A stretch of DNA of 63,990 bases, counting the filler, from Perkinsus olseni (taxonomy: Eukaryota), in assembly GCA_013115125.1 (NCBI GenBank). It is 4 parts of 4 records of this genome, joined end to end, with 100 filler letters (N's around TTAATTAATTAA, not from the genome) between each part and the next. Parts side by side here need not be neighbours in the genome. Positions count along the whole stretch, not along the records: positions 48,359 to 63,990 come from JABANN010000697.1; 3 more parts are not named here. One strand, 5' to 3'. Both the position numbers and the translations under genes were made by a program. Below, in pieces: positions 48,859 through 62,073 of this stretch; within the stretch, counting starts at the first letter, position 1; every line of letters begins with the position of its first letter. Below the pieces are notes generated by a model. That model saw only the letters and a list, made by a program, of their open reading frames with translations. It did no database searches and was not told where the DNA came from.

Positions 48859-49914
48859 ATGTCCGTCGATAAAGTAGTGGAGCCTGCCACTGTGGACGAA
48901 AAGGCCAAGGAGGGTGAGGAGACGGAGGAGAAGTCAATGAGCCTCGGAGATCTCTTGGATGAGGTACTTGGTTGCCATTTCATTTTTGTGCTACCGTCAC
49001 GACTGTAGCCTCTCAGGTTCTCGGCATCAACGGGGCTGAGGATCTCCTCAAGTTCATTCGTCGAATCGTTGGAGCTCTTGTCTTCGTAATACAAGGGCGG
49101 CTCTTGTCTTTGCGCTCGACGGTGGCACTTCCGAGTCTTATTTCGCGAAATCGAGAAGAAATCCCCCGGCGGCTGTGTCCAATCTTACCACTATCAACGC
49201 CTTTATCGAGACGCCCGGGTGTTCGACAGTGATTGCTCCGATACTGCGCTCGCGAGTTGAAGACTCAAGGCTAAGAGACGGAAAAATCAATGGAGGAACC
49301 ATGTGGTCTGCCTAGGCTTCCTTTTTCTACCATTTTGGCTTGTTCGCGGATGTATTTGTGTTCCTCAGCTCTGTCTGATTTATCTCTGGTACCTCCCCAC
49401 CTTCGAGTTGGCCTTCAACCTCGTCCTTGGCTTTATGCTCTTGCTGGTCGGCCTAGTGGTAATACCTGTCGATCTTCTGTGGGATGTGTTTTCCGAGAGT
49501 ATGCCTCGGACCAGCACCTCGTAATTATCAAGCGCGTCTTCAGTACTTGAAATCGACTGGGGTGAGCTTGTGACGTTGCTTGCTGGTGCGATGAACCACC
49601 GTGTAACACGCGCCCGGTGGAAATACGAAGTACCGATTTGTAGATCAGTAGTGAAGATGTAGTTAGAAAACTGGAGTATCGATTTGCGTAGTCGTAATGT
49701 ATCGAAGTACCCAACCGGCTTTTCGCCCTGGCAGGCGGTTGCCTCTTGGACGGTCAATGAGGCTCAGCGGATAGAGGCTGAGCAGAAGAAGAAGGAAGAG
49801 GCTGAGAAGAAGGCAGAGGGTGACGCGGTGGAGGACATGAAGGAGGGCAAGAGTTCCGAGGAGGGCCCTGCTGCCACGGCTGCCGACGTTGATGAGTCCA
49901 AGAAGGAGCGATAG
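48859..49914 (+). CDS. Small multi-exon membrane protein with charged termini
   Basis: Exons encode MSVDKVVEP..., VLGINGAEDLLKFIRRIVGALVF, LAFNLVLGFMLLLVGLV and an E/K-rich final exon. Confidence 0.6.
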
Positions 49915-50739
49915 GTTTCCATTTGTACCGGGACGTGTAGCTGGTCATCAGAGCATAGTTTCTTTTGTTTAGACCATCCCACCTCTTCGTTGCTTTAGTG
50001 TGTTAATAACGATTATCGTCCGCTTCTTGGTGAGTGGAGCTCGTGTGTATTGACTTCGAAGGTCGCCGGTAGTCCAAGTTGGGCAAGGCCAGCAGGATGG
50101 CATCAATAAGATGCGGAACTTGAATGTGAATGGTAGATCGGGTGCAGGGGAATCCGTGAGAGCTGTACGAGTGCTCGGCTGGGAGAGCAGACCTGGTTCG
50201 TTTCAAGTAGGTGGGTGTAGCAGTTCACGGCTGTACCGAAGTACGAACGCGTGAGCCCGATAGAAACTTAGTAATTTCGGAACTGTATGTGGTGTCTGGT
50301 GAAGGGTGGTGGTTGAAGATTGTTTTCTACCATCTGTTACATGACTTGGTCCATGCATGGTCTTCTAAGACCGTCTAGAAGGCTGCTCTCACAGGACTCC
50401 CCTTGGCGGTGGAACAGGCCATGGAAGGTCAGTAAGGCCCGCAAGCCTGAGCACCATCGGATGTACGGCAGAGAGGTCCTCTCTCTCGCCAACAAGACGC
50501 TTTTGAGGTAGTCACCGAGGGAGGTGTATTGAACTCCCGGGATGACCATTGCTCCCATCCCGGTCACGACGGAGTTTCCCGGATTTTAGGGAATTATTAC
50601 GTCACTTTTATCTGTTTACCTGCATACATTATTTTCATCTTGATGTCGGAATCTTCACCGTGCGACGGTCGAGCGATCTTGCGGCTCCGCGTGGAAGCTC
50701 CCCAATAGGTGCGAAAGATTCACTCGGAAGATTCTCGCC

Positions 50740-52300
50740 ATGAGCTCTCGATTAAAACGTTGATGTTGTAATTGCCGACAGTTTCTGTACTCGAAGCTCT
50801 CATCGGAAGTTCCCACAGCCGACCCTCCCTCAGGCATACCGCAACCGACTGTCTCGTCCACCCGGCAGCGGCGAGGCCCCCTGCCTTCTGGGAGGTCTTC
50901 TGCCGTAGAGTTGCCTCATCAGCTCCTCTATTGGATGAACGCTCAGCGTGTATAATAGCGAGAGCACTGGACGAGCACTGGTACCGGCTGGACCATCCCA
51001 ACGCCTTTCGGCCGACGGAGACTGCCAAGGGGAAGGAGGTCGCCGTTGCTGACCACAAGCAGATGAACATTATTGAGCTTTGTAGTGATCTGTTCAAGAT
51101 GGGAATATAGTTTTTGTTGTGAGGCTCATTTCTGTCGTCATTTTAGTATCATCGGTGTTCGAAAGACTGGCCCAAGCACTACCGGAGCAACTGCCTCACT
51201 ACAGATGCGGTCTCTCGTTGATGGTCATGGCCGACGTCCTTTCCCGGAGACTGGTCCCTCACGACCAGTCCCTGCCGATCCAGGAGAGTCTGTTCGGTCA
51301 AATGGCGAGGCACGGCCACAGGTGGTAACCGGAGGGTAGTTGCGAGATGTCCTTGTGGTGCAATCTCTTCCGACATGCAAGTAGCGCTGAAGCGTTGCGA
51401 CCGTCGTTGAACTCTACCGAGGGGGTTAGAAGCTCTCCGATCATGTTGAGATCACGAGATGCCGATCGTGATCGGCACCGTCTTGAGATGAGCGGTTTGA
51501 GGTGCAGATCGTCGTGTGTTCGTTCGCGCAACCTTCCTTAGCGAGACACAGACAGACAGGGCGGCTCTTGCTCGGCTCGGTCGCCCTCGACGGTGATGAG
51601 GCTCGTCATCATCAGGTTTATGGGGGAGGTCACGCTGGCGGAATCTTTGAGATTCCTGCGGTCCCTGGCTAAGCATGGCGCTGCTGACCGACCGTTGTGT
51701 CACCGCGTCGCACGGAAGGTTCAGGCCGGGGTGAGTTTCTCTGCATCATCACCGACGGCTAGGCTTTGGTCAGGTTAATAACTTCGACGCTATTGAGGAG
51801 CTTCGCTCCGTCGTTGATATCTTTGTTTTGGTCAACCATCGCGATGCGGAGCTGTTGGCTGCTGTGGGGCAGAGGGCATCGCATGTTCTGGGCGGCGACA
51901 CCGGCACGGACCATGAAGGAAAGAAGATACCGACTAAGGCGACAGCGGCCGATGTGAGAGGAGAGCTCAGCACAGGATGATTATTTTTATGGACGTCAGG
52001 TCGCTGAGGTCGTTCGAGGCTTCAGGCGTTTGGAAGTGGAGAACCTGCAGCTGGTAGAGGCCGTGAGGGATTGGGCGGTTAATGGGTGAGGAGAGCGTGA
52101 TGTGATGGCGGAAGTGAATACACGGTTTAGGATTACCCCACAGACGAGCGACGAGGATAGGAAGGTATTGGAGGCATGCGTTGGGAGGGTGTGAATGTGT
52201 TTCTGAGCAGTCTCTGAGTGTCTCTGTTGAGTGCGAAGTGGAGAGATCAGCCACTTGCTGCTGCCGGACAGGCCGCTATACCATACCCGGAGGTGCATTT
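50740..52300 (+). CDS. Helical-repeat protein, possibly an organellar RNA-binding HPR/FAST-like protein
   Basis: Repeated units such as LAESLRFLRSLAKHGAADRPLCHRVA, LRSVVDIFVLVNHRDAELLAAVG and VAEVVRGFRRLEVENLQLVEAV. Boundaries uncertain. Confidence 0.45.
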
Positions 52301-52590
52301 AAGACAGGGAAGCTGATGATCAGTTGAAAGTGGTAACATTGCAATCACCCAACCCAGCAGTTGTACTCATTTTCCGTATAAATCGTGTATCGCATACGAC
52401 AGCGTCAACACCACCGTCTCAGTGCTGGAAAGGGGATATCGTCAGTCCGACGTTTTAGTTCACTAGTAGACCCAAACGAGTAGCAGCACCGAAACCTCGT
52501 GCCACAGGAAAATTTGCATGACTTGCAACTACGCGACAACACAAACCCCCAGAATTAAGGAAAGTAACTGAAGTATGTTCAAGTACGCTC

Positions 52591-54021
52591 TCAGCGGCCT
52601 CCCTTCCATCGCCCACCAACGGTGGTCTCATTGGGAGTGTTGGCAAGCAGGTGCACCTCCGTAGTCGAATCGCACATACTGGAGAAGTCGGCGAAGCTGA
52701 GCTCCTTCGCTTCATACCAATCCTTCTTCCTCTTATACGGGTTCTTAAACGTAACCACCACGTACGCTCCCGGCTTGATGAGGTCAGTCGCTTGTCTCAA
52801 CATCGCCAGACTCTCTGGCGGCGGCAAATTGGCATCGCAAACGTAGACGTCTAGCATGTCTTTATGGCCTTCATCCAACAGCCTCTCTATCGCCTCTTGA
52901 CCCAGCATGTCCCAATGCTCGATTTTTCCATCAGTTTCGGAGCAATCAACCTCGCCTTTATCAACAGCGATGATTCTGCCAACACCCTTGTTGTAAAGAT
53001 ATCGGCTCCAACCACCGGGGCTGGCCCCGACGTCCATCGCCACCATCTGTTTCCCTTCGTCGGCTACGTCGTAGCCGAAGCGCCTGAATGCTTCGGCTAG
53101 CTTGTACTCGGCCTTGCAGACGCTGTCAGTCAGTCGACCATTGGACGTCTCCACGATGTTCCCGATGTAGCACTGCTCGGGTTCGGCAATCCCCAGCAAA
53201 TAGAGTCCGTCCACGTAGACCACCTGGGCGACGTGGGTGTACTCTCTGGGGTGGCACATCCCTTCTGGAAGATAATCGGCGATGGTCTTCTGATAGCGAC
53301 TGGGGAAGGTCTGCAGCCTCAACACGCAGCCATTAGGCGCCATTCTACGCAATAATTCGGCAGCACCCTGGACACTGGTGGCGACCTCAGTGAGGTTGGT
53401 GTAGATCCTCTTTAATACGTGACACAGATTCATCGGTCACGAATGATCGCCCAACACTGACTGCCAATCTCGCAGCCTCGAGTCCTTGTCAATGAGCAGC
53501 ATGCGCTCGCCCACTGCGCATAATGGAGTCCACGACGTCCGACAACCCCCACCGTACTCGTTGCTGATGTACTCGGCAAGACGCTCTTCATAGCCCACTT
53601 GGCACTGTAGCACCAGCTTGGGAAGCCCAATGAAGGGGACGTCCCGACTCGGCCATGAATCTTCGAGAGCGAACATCTGCATCTTGCCACGAGTGCCAGC
53701 TTCCACCATTTGCCACCGACTGACCACCATGCTGCATTCGTTTCTTGATTCGTCCTCGAGCCATCCCTCCAGCCGGACGCAATCCCCCGGTCGAACAGTA
53801 TGGCAGAACTCTACGTAGTTTTCACAGACATCAGTGTGGTCGTTGAGGGTTGGGGACTTCAACAACACTGTTTTGAATTGATACCCAGCCTGATGGTCAG
53901 CTGGCAGCGCAACACTCAGGAACATCATGCGACGATAATGCAGTCGCCGTTGGAGGACAACAACCTCTCCCAGGGAGGTGATGGTAGGGGAAGCGGCATT
54001 GCTAGTTGAGGAACAAACCAT
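52591..54021 (-). CDS. FtsJ/RlmM-like RNA 2'-O-methyltransferase with an N-terminal OB-fold-like domain; in-frame TGA at 53437-53439
   Basis: KAEYKL, VAMDVGASPGGWS, IIAVD, YVCDAN, VVTFK and HLLANTPNETT together give the K-D-K-E tetrad. Confidence 0.85.
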
Positions 54022-54478
54022 CTCAGGCAACTACATACAGTCAGAGTCGCAATCTGACACAGCACAACCCGAGGGGAGATGAATCTTAGTTTTCATTGGT
54101 ATACTCAATTAGGCCCCAGTAGACTTTTTTCCTCTATGAAAAAAAACTGTGTCTTTCTGTAGACACAGTTCACTTCACTCCCTGAATGACGCTGTCACGT
54201 ATCACGCGCTCAATAATACGACCAAACCACACAGGGACAGTCAAATCAGGCTTCCCTTTGATACCAGCTGGAGCGGGCGCGTCCTGCTTACTCCCCAAAA
54301 CTAGCTCAACCCAACACACTGCATTCTACGGGAATGACCCTCAAATAAAACTTCGCGGTGGACACCACCGTGGTTGTAGAAAGTACCAGTGTTTGCCTCA
54401 TCTGAGTGCATCTTCGCCCTCTAGTAATCGTGCATGTGAGAGGCACTCAGGAAAACTGGGCTCCGTCGTAGATCGGCC

Positions 54479-56096
54479 CTAAAGATCCTCATCGGCGGCC
54501 TTCTCCTCATCCTTCGACTCCTCAGTGTCCTCCTCCTCATCGTCAATATCTCCTTCGTCCTCGGACGCAGCGGCTTCCTCGGCCTTCTTCTTTTCCTCCT
54601 CAGCCTAGAGACAGGAGGAGGTCCAAGACAATCCGAAGGAACGCACGGGAAAGATACCTCTTCCTTAGCCTTGGCGTCCTCAACCTCCCTCAACTCTTTA
54701 AACTCCTCGACCAAAGCGTCGGCCTCCTTCACATCATCAGTAACAATGATATTGTCGAAAATTGCACCGGAGCTCACCTAGCAGCCATCAGGTATCGACA
54801 ACATCAACTGAATAATCGCGGCTCACCTGCCATACGTCGAGGAAAACGGCGCCGAAATCGTACTTGTGAATCTTCTCCAAAGGAACATAGTCGGGGTTGG
54901 CGATTTTCTTTGGCTTCCATTCACCCTACCAAGAGCTCCTACATGCAGAAGGAAGGCGAAATTTCCAACCTTGTAATCAGGATTCGCGATCCTCTTGGCC
55001 ATCCAGGGACCCTTGTAATCCGGGTTGTCAATCATCGGACGCTCCCACTCGCCATCCTGCAAATAAGAACTCGATAGACCAGCAGACGGCCCAGACGGGT
55101 CACCTCCTCCTCGTCCCAATCCTCGGGTTGAGTAGCCTTCTCGTCGGGGATCTTGGCCTCCTCCACCCAGTCCTCGGGCTTCTTGTCCTCCGGGTCATCC
55201 ATCATAGGCGAGTCAACCTAAAAACACGTCGATTCCGCCATCTACTACCTCAGAGCAACGACTTACCCAGTCCTCAGGCTTGGAATCTTCAGGATCGTCG
55301 ATCTCGGCTGGCTCGCCGTACTTCCAGTTCTCTTCAATGGAGCCATCGAAGATCTCCTCGCCATCAACCTCGACCTTAACCGTGTCGTTGGGCCGCAGAG
55401 TGAGCCTGTAGACGTGGGACACAGTGTCGTCCTGCTTGTACGGGAGATCATCCGTCTTCAGAATGTTGTCCTTGCCGTTGTTGAAAATAAGATGAGTACG
55501 GCGGTTGAACCCACACTTATCCGGTCCAAACATAATGTTGTACCTGAGCTTAGACGATCCGAGAGAGACAACACCAGTGGTGACACGAACTCACGTGGAC
55601 TCGCTGTTGAAGGCAGAGATATTGTCCATCTTTGGGGCGAACTTCAAGTACCCACCACCACAATCCATATTCTCCTCGTACTTTACCTGGACAAGACAAA
55701 GGCTCTTAGAAGGGTCGTTCGACCTGAACCTTACCTGATACTGAAAGATAACTTCCTTATCTTCGCTCGAGAACGGCTGGTCAAGCTCTCTGATGTAGGC
55801 GTAGTAGCGGTGGTCCTCAGTGGTCTCTGAAGGAGCAGGATGGAAAAGCACTGCAAAGGGCGGCGTTACTAAGGCCTCTGTTCTTCTTCTCGTCAGCGAA
55901 GACCTTGCCAGCGGTACGCTCGACCTTGCCGTGCATGTCCTCGCCTTTCCAGTTCGAGACAGTCCAACGATCCTCCCAACCTGACGAGGACGGTCGAGCA
56001 GAGAGCAAGGAGCGCCTTACCATCGGAAAAGGTTTCCTTGAGGTAAACAGTGGCGGCAGCGGGAAGGGCAAGACCCAGATGAGTGATGAATCTCAT
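54479..56096 (-). CDS. CALR: Calreticulin, multi-exon
   Basis: Signal peptide, [28 protein letters not shown]-domain repeats ([28 protein letters not shown]), [13 protein letters not shown] and an acidic tail ending DEDL. Confidence 0.97.
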
Positions 56097-56359
56097 TTAG
56101 AGCGGTGAAAAAAATGCTGGCGACCAGAAATCGGCCAAGAACGAGGGCGAGCTTGAGCCCTTGAAAGTCTCCAAGGCAGCTCGAGCCTGCACTCGACCAA
56201 CATGGACGAACTCAAGGGAAAGCGACTGATGATGTGACGTTGAGCACATATCAAGCCTACGCGTGCCACGGCAGAGCATGCGTGCGTTTTTCTGGGCGCG
56301 CGCTTTTGGCAGCGCATCTTCCGAGCGCGTCACACCATCACTGAAACCGTAAGCGCTCC

Positions 56360-56790
56360 TTTGGACAACATCATCTTTCTGTCCATTCTACAAACGCCGA
56401 CACGTGTCAAAGTCTAGCCCTAGAGTTCATCTTTCGACAACAATATACGAAAAGCGCGCGCCGCTCAATGTCTTCTTCGAACAACTGTTGGCGAAAGCTT
56501 CGCTTAGGGAGAGTATTGGACAGGTTTTTTGGACACTTTCCGCGTGTCGACTTGTCCAAAGAGCCTCCTCCGCGCCAATTGGACAGAAAACCGAAAAAAG
56601 ATGCCCGGTGACATTCGGACAAGCATCGGGACCCAATATTGCAATAATCTTGTCCAAAAGCCTACTTTGGCGATTCTCGACAAGTTGTCGACGACAACTA
56701 CCTGCCAAGTTGTCCAAAAACCCTTGTTGTTCGTCGTCAGCTGCCTTACCAAAAGCGTTGGCTTCCCGCATCACTTCTTTTTGACCGATA
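56360..56790. repeat. Degenerate array of TT(G/C)GACA / TGTC(C/G)AA motifs
   Basis: More than ten copies in both orientations. Confidence 0.6.
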
Positions 56791-58489
56791 GTCTCTGATA
56801 CTTCATTTGGCCCGTCGAAGCAGCTTCAACGAGGTTCTTACACCTTGACAGTCGAGCTTTGGCTCCCAGTAGATGGTCTACAGTGAACGCACGTTTCGTT
56901 GGACGAAATTCGTCCAGTACCAACTCGTTGTAATTACTTCATCCATTAGTATAAGTATCGAGTCGATACTATCGATTGCCCTTGCCAATTGATTTCTTGC
57001 GAGGTTGCAACTTGACTTGCAAGGTACAGGGGTGAAATTGTGGGTGGGATTACTTGAGAGAGGCTCGCTGCTCTGAGACCCTGTGCTTTACTGGGCTTTC
57101 CAGCTGTGACTTCGCTACTCTTTCACGCTAACTCGTCAACTCAAACCAAATCTAAGATAGAAAAGTTACCCTGCCTATTTGTACTGCACACCTAGACGAC
57201 ACGAGCTTTACGAATCAACTCTGACCCACTCTTTAAGTTACTCTCATCAACATTAACCCGAGGATTCGGGTAACCGGAATCGGACTGCTCTGGGGTTGCT
57301 GTCGCCGGCATTAAGGAAAGCGCTTATTTGCTATACTCAACTCGTTGATGAGCTGCAGTAGAAAGCTTAGTATTCGCTGATGTGGTCGGATAATCTTGCT
57401 AGGATCTGGCGGAGAATCATAGTTTTTGACGAGAAACCGGTCAGTGACCGCCGGTGACTAGTGGTGACTCATCACTACATGATGGGGCAAGTCATTCAGG
57501 AGTACGGTACAGCACTGTCGCTAGACATGGGCCTGCCCACTGAGCCCACTGGGCTCGTGCCTGCCCGACGGGCGGGGCTACCTCCTGTGTGCATGCGAAA
57601 GATAGCTTTGCTCATCACTTCATTGAATGTGCACAAAACAGCTCCATGACCTCCTACCCGGGGGAGGAGCCCGGCTCCTAGAATCAGTTTGGACCTCCTG
57701 CAATACTTCCCCGGGCTAAGGCGACGGGAAGGGCGATGTTTGAACGTAGATTCGCGGAATAGTTCATATTTACTCAGCCTGATTCGTGTTCCACGCAAGT
57801 CATTCATTACTTATGAATCATTGGACATCATAATTATCATCTCTATTTATGCGCCCTTTGATGCCATTGTCCTCCTGTCAGGAGGCTCCTGGCCCCGACA
57901 CGTTCTGCAGGAGTTTTGTGTACGAAGACCACACTCGCCTGGGAGCACGTACATATGATATTGTACGTTCCGCTGGTTTGGTGGTAAATGCAGGGACTTC
58001 TCCCGCCTATAGCAGTATGCTCGGCATCCTTATGGTTGGCAGCATTCTTCATTAAAATGATGAAGCGACATGATGACTCTGTTATACGAACACGTGCAGT
58101 GTTACACGACATCTGAGTTTCTTCTCATTCACGGATGTAGACGCTCTTCGTTAGTTTAATGCACTTAAACGTCATTTTCCCCACCAAAACTTATTCTTGT
58201 TGCGTTCTTCATCCCATTTCTTCATTCTCGTTCTTCTTCGCCATACACTATCTCAACTTTTCCCGCTCTCTGCGTGTGAAAACGGGCAGACTCGACATAC
58301 TAGGCTAGGATTCCTAGCCAATACGGTTGTCAGTCACAAACGAATAAATTGTATTCAACTTGTGATCCATTCAGTCTCTCATACTCGTGTCGAGTAGTTC
58401 GACTATTGTTTCACCTATTGAGCAAATCTCGCTAACTCATAGAGCCCAGTTTCACTTGCCCTTTACAAACTGCTCATACCCCCGAGCAT

Positions 58490-58795
58490 GGTTGTCTCAG
58501 GTTGTCCAAAGGACAACTTGAGCTTTTCTCGACAACTGCTCAGTCTTCCTCCTTTTTTTGACACCTGACGACTTTTACTGACAATAAACCGTCCAAAGCT
58601 CTGCGTCGGCGCCTTTTCGACACTTTTGTGGTAAAGGATAAACAGTGAGCACAATGTTGGCGAAAGGTGGCCCGAGTCTCACGTTCGGACAAACTGTCCA
58701 GAGCGGGTTTTAGGGCTATCTTTGGACATTCTCCCTTGTCGAAAAGGCCGTTGACATCTCTGCGCCTAAAGTTGACTTGTCCGAAGGTCACACAA
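58490..58795. repeat. Second TT(G/C)GACA / TGTC(C/G)AA motif array, related to 56360-56790
   Basis: Shares blocks such as TGTTGGCGAAAG (direct) and GTGACxTTCGGACAAG (inverted). Confidence 0.6.
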
Positions 58796-58915
58796 TCGCT
58801 GAAACTCAACTCATCACCATTGCCTTCACACAGACACGTGCCGAGGCTCTGCCCAACTCCCGACCCGACGCATCCCCAACTAGCATGCTACGGCTCATCG
58901 TCTTGACTGCCACGC

Positions 58916-59811
58916 TCAACCTCCAGGATCTTTCCGCACAAGGTCTTGCCTACAATACGGGCATCGCGCGTCCTTCGTCCCGCAGGAACGCTCTTTAGTC
59001 GTCTCGATCCACTTGGTTATGCACCGGCCGTGGAACATGTGCTCACACAGTTGCCCTTGCTTGACAACACTACGAGGTTGGAAGGTCTCCAGGCAAATGC
59101 AGCAGCACGCAAGGTCATCGACATATCCGCCAACTCCCCGCCGGAGGACTTTGGTCTTTAACTTGCTCTGGTGTAACTGAGGATCCACATGGTCGAAGCT
59201 GCTCAGTTCGAACAGACCCCCCCCGGTGGGAAACCATCTGGTCATCACTGTAAATCGAGCGGTGCATGACGTCCCCAAGGATATGAGCACATCGGCGAAA
59301 GTCTGGCCTTGGACTATGAACTCACAAACACGATATGACTTCCGTTCTGACCAGTATTCGCACCTACCAAAATGTTACCTGAAATTTGGTATGTTCGATC
59401 AATCCGCTTGACCTCTTCCCCGGTGATGCGGCCCTGAAGGTCTCTGCCAAGGCTCGAGGACCGGTCCACTGCGAAAGATGCACTTCTGCCGCGCGGGATG
59501 ACCTTCGAGGTGCCCGCGAGCTCTCTCTCGGTTCCCGCGCATGTGATTGCCGAGGGACTGTTGGTAGTCCACCAAGACCGCGCCATGCATTCTCATGAAT
59601 TCTCTCAGACCGAGATCTTCTGTCGGCAGATCGTATTTCCACTGGGAAGCTAGAGGTGTTAGAAAAAGCCACGCTGTCATCTCGGTGGAGAATTTGATCC
59701 GCAAGACCTCCTCTGCCCGCCCACAGACTCTCATGGAAGATCTGAGATCTCGTCCTTGTACGCAACGGTCGTAGAAGTCTTAATCGGACCGGGTCCGATG
59801 ACGGGCGCGGC
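58916..59811 (-). CDS. RING-H2 zinc-finger protein (E3 ligase-like), multi-exon; start probably further upstream
   Basis: CCICLETF...CEHMFHGRCITKW...CPYCRQDL. Confidence 0.85.
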
Positions 59812-60287
59812 CTGAGAAAGATTGTTTTTGTGCTACATCGTCATTGCCATCTCACTCGAGTGGCACGTTCTCTCTTATGAGAGTGTCCAAGGCATCGTTC
59901 GTTGTTTGACTTGTCATCAATTAGCCATTAAAATATCTCACTATGGGAGCGTTCAATTACGAAACTCAAAATCGATTCTGAAACTGATTTCCGCACGTCA
60001 AGTGCCATTCTAGAATCGACTCTGACTGTCAGAATCATCTTGTCGGACATCCTCTACATGGTCAGGTAACACAACACCCCACGGCCTTCCACAACAGCAC
60101 AAGATCACATTAAAGCGGCGGGAGCGGCAAAGTGCCCTTGCCCGTCGGTGAGGTCGCATGGGGATGCGTCAAATTAAGATACTTATACAGTTTATAGGAC
60201 AGTTTCCGCGAGTCATCAGCACTGCATTGATGAGGTGGCCGAGTGAACCTAGCAGCGGTAATGATACCATCACAGTGACCATCAGCG

Positions 60288-61500
60288 TCAGCAGCCGTAC
60301 GCGTTCGAGATAGAGTCCAAGGCGTCCAACAAGCTGCCGACGTTCATCGCCCCGCCTGACGCAGTAGTGGATTGAAAGATCTCTACGCACTCCTCCTCGG
60401 ACACGAGCACAGGCGAGAGTGTCAAGCTGAAAAGAAGTAGCGTCAACTCAGCGTGACGAGAAAGATGGTTACTCCTTGCAAAGACGCAGGAACGTCTCCA
60501 ACAGTATTTCATGAGCGTAGTTGTGGTGACCTGCAAGCTCAGCTAGAGGTGCCAGAAAAATGGCCAGTTGCCCACCCTCGAGGTACTGCTGAGTAGCGTA
60601 GGCGAGGAAGACCATACGAGCGGCAGCCCGGAAGCGCCCGAGGGTTTGCCCGTCGACGATCGTTGAGGACGCCATCACTGGATCTGAGCAATTATGATTC
60701 ATTAGTATTCAAGACGTTCCATAAACCACTTCAGAAATTCAGATTCGATTCTGAGTTTCAGACTTGCTTTATTGAACGGGAGATTATCACTTCCACCGCT
60801 CCGCTCCGCCGATTTTGCAGTGCCCTACCTGTGATAGGGACCAAGGCCTGCGAGACGCCCTCCCTTTCAGAGCCCGAGATCAGCTTCCGTCGTCGAACTG
60901 CGTTCACGCGTCTCCTCGCCTGCCGAACTGCTGCCGCGGAGATCTCCGCTGACGACAATACCGAAATTGGTAACAAAACTCTAGCGGAGCGAAGCTACCC
61001 TGCGTTGCCTCCGGGTTCTTAATTCGCCTGTGCCAACGGTGACAAGCTCCATCCCGCTCGACGTCTCGAAGGCGCTCCTCTGACCAGAACGATTCTGCGG
61101 ACACGACAATCGTCTTATCTTACTCAAATCTATGACGACTTTAGGACAGCCGGCGGCCGCCCCAGTATCTGAAGATAAAAATTTCATAGAGAATGCGCCA
61201 CGAAATTGCCACCTAGGAAGCTCTTGATGGTGTTCAACAGCGCCTGGCGGAAGTCCAGAAAATCAACGTCAAATTCGCCGTCGTCACCGGTGAGGTCTCC
61301 ACTGGTATGGACCAAACCCGAGTCCAGCTTGGCCGACCCTGAGAACCGTCACTGCGCCACGAAGTTCGGACGAACTTACGGCAGGCGAAAGTGGCCGATT
61401 GGAAGGTGCTGGTCGTTAAATTAGGACGGAAGTCCATTGTTGAGACACCGGCGGCAGCACGATTTACCAAATCTTGCGCACTTACCCTCACTTGCATCAT
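60288..61500 (-). CDS. Hypothetical multi-exon protein
   Basis: Chain of protein-like exons separated by ~50 nt GT..AG segments. Confidence 0.45.
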
Positions 61501-62073
61501 CTCAACGCAAACAGCGCACGCCCAGACTGATCAATTCAACCGGATGAATCTTAAAATTATTAAAACTTAGACCTCATAATTGATACCATCGAGCTCATAA
61601 CAGCAACAGCATTCCGCCACTTCCCCGCACACCGCTCCCTGCCGGTTTCCTCAGGATCGAACCACCGGTCGGAGGGCCTGGTAGCCCACAAGCTCCAGGC
61701 CGGTCCGACTTATTCGTTTGAGCATCTTTTCGACATCTAAAGCGTGAGCTGGACCTCGGCTGAAGTGGTTCCTAACTGTGATGATCGGTGCTGGCGTTGA
61801 GGAGATGCAAGATAGCAAGAGATGATGATCGATGATGATTCTACTGTCTCGTCTCGTAGTTCGTCGTATCTCGGCCGTATCGCACTTATCATTGCTTTAT
61901 CGTAGGGGTTCTGTGTTACTCTGTGATAAGTACGACATCGTCTGTATCCGAGGCGGCGTTGGGTCAAGTCAGGAGCTCGGCGGACAGGGATTGGGAACCA
62001 CCGTTACACTAACGTCTCCGTTGAAGGGAGATTCGCAATCAACATTTCTTTCAGGGATTTTGAGAGCTTTCAA

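Noticed and set aside
54479-54493. Calreticulin ends in DEDL rather than KDEL/HDEL
   Set aside because: Variant ER-retention signals are common in alveolates.
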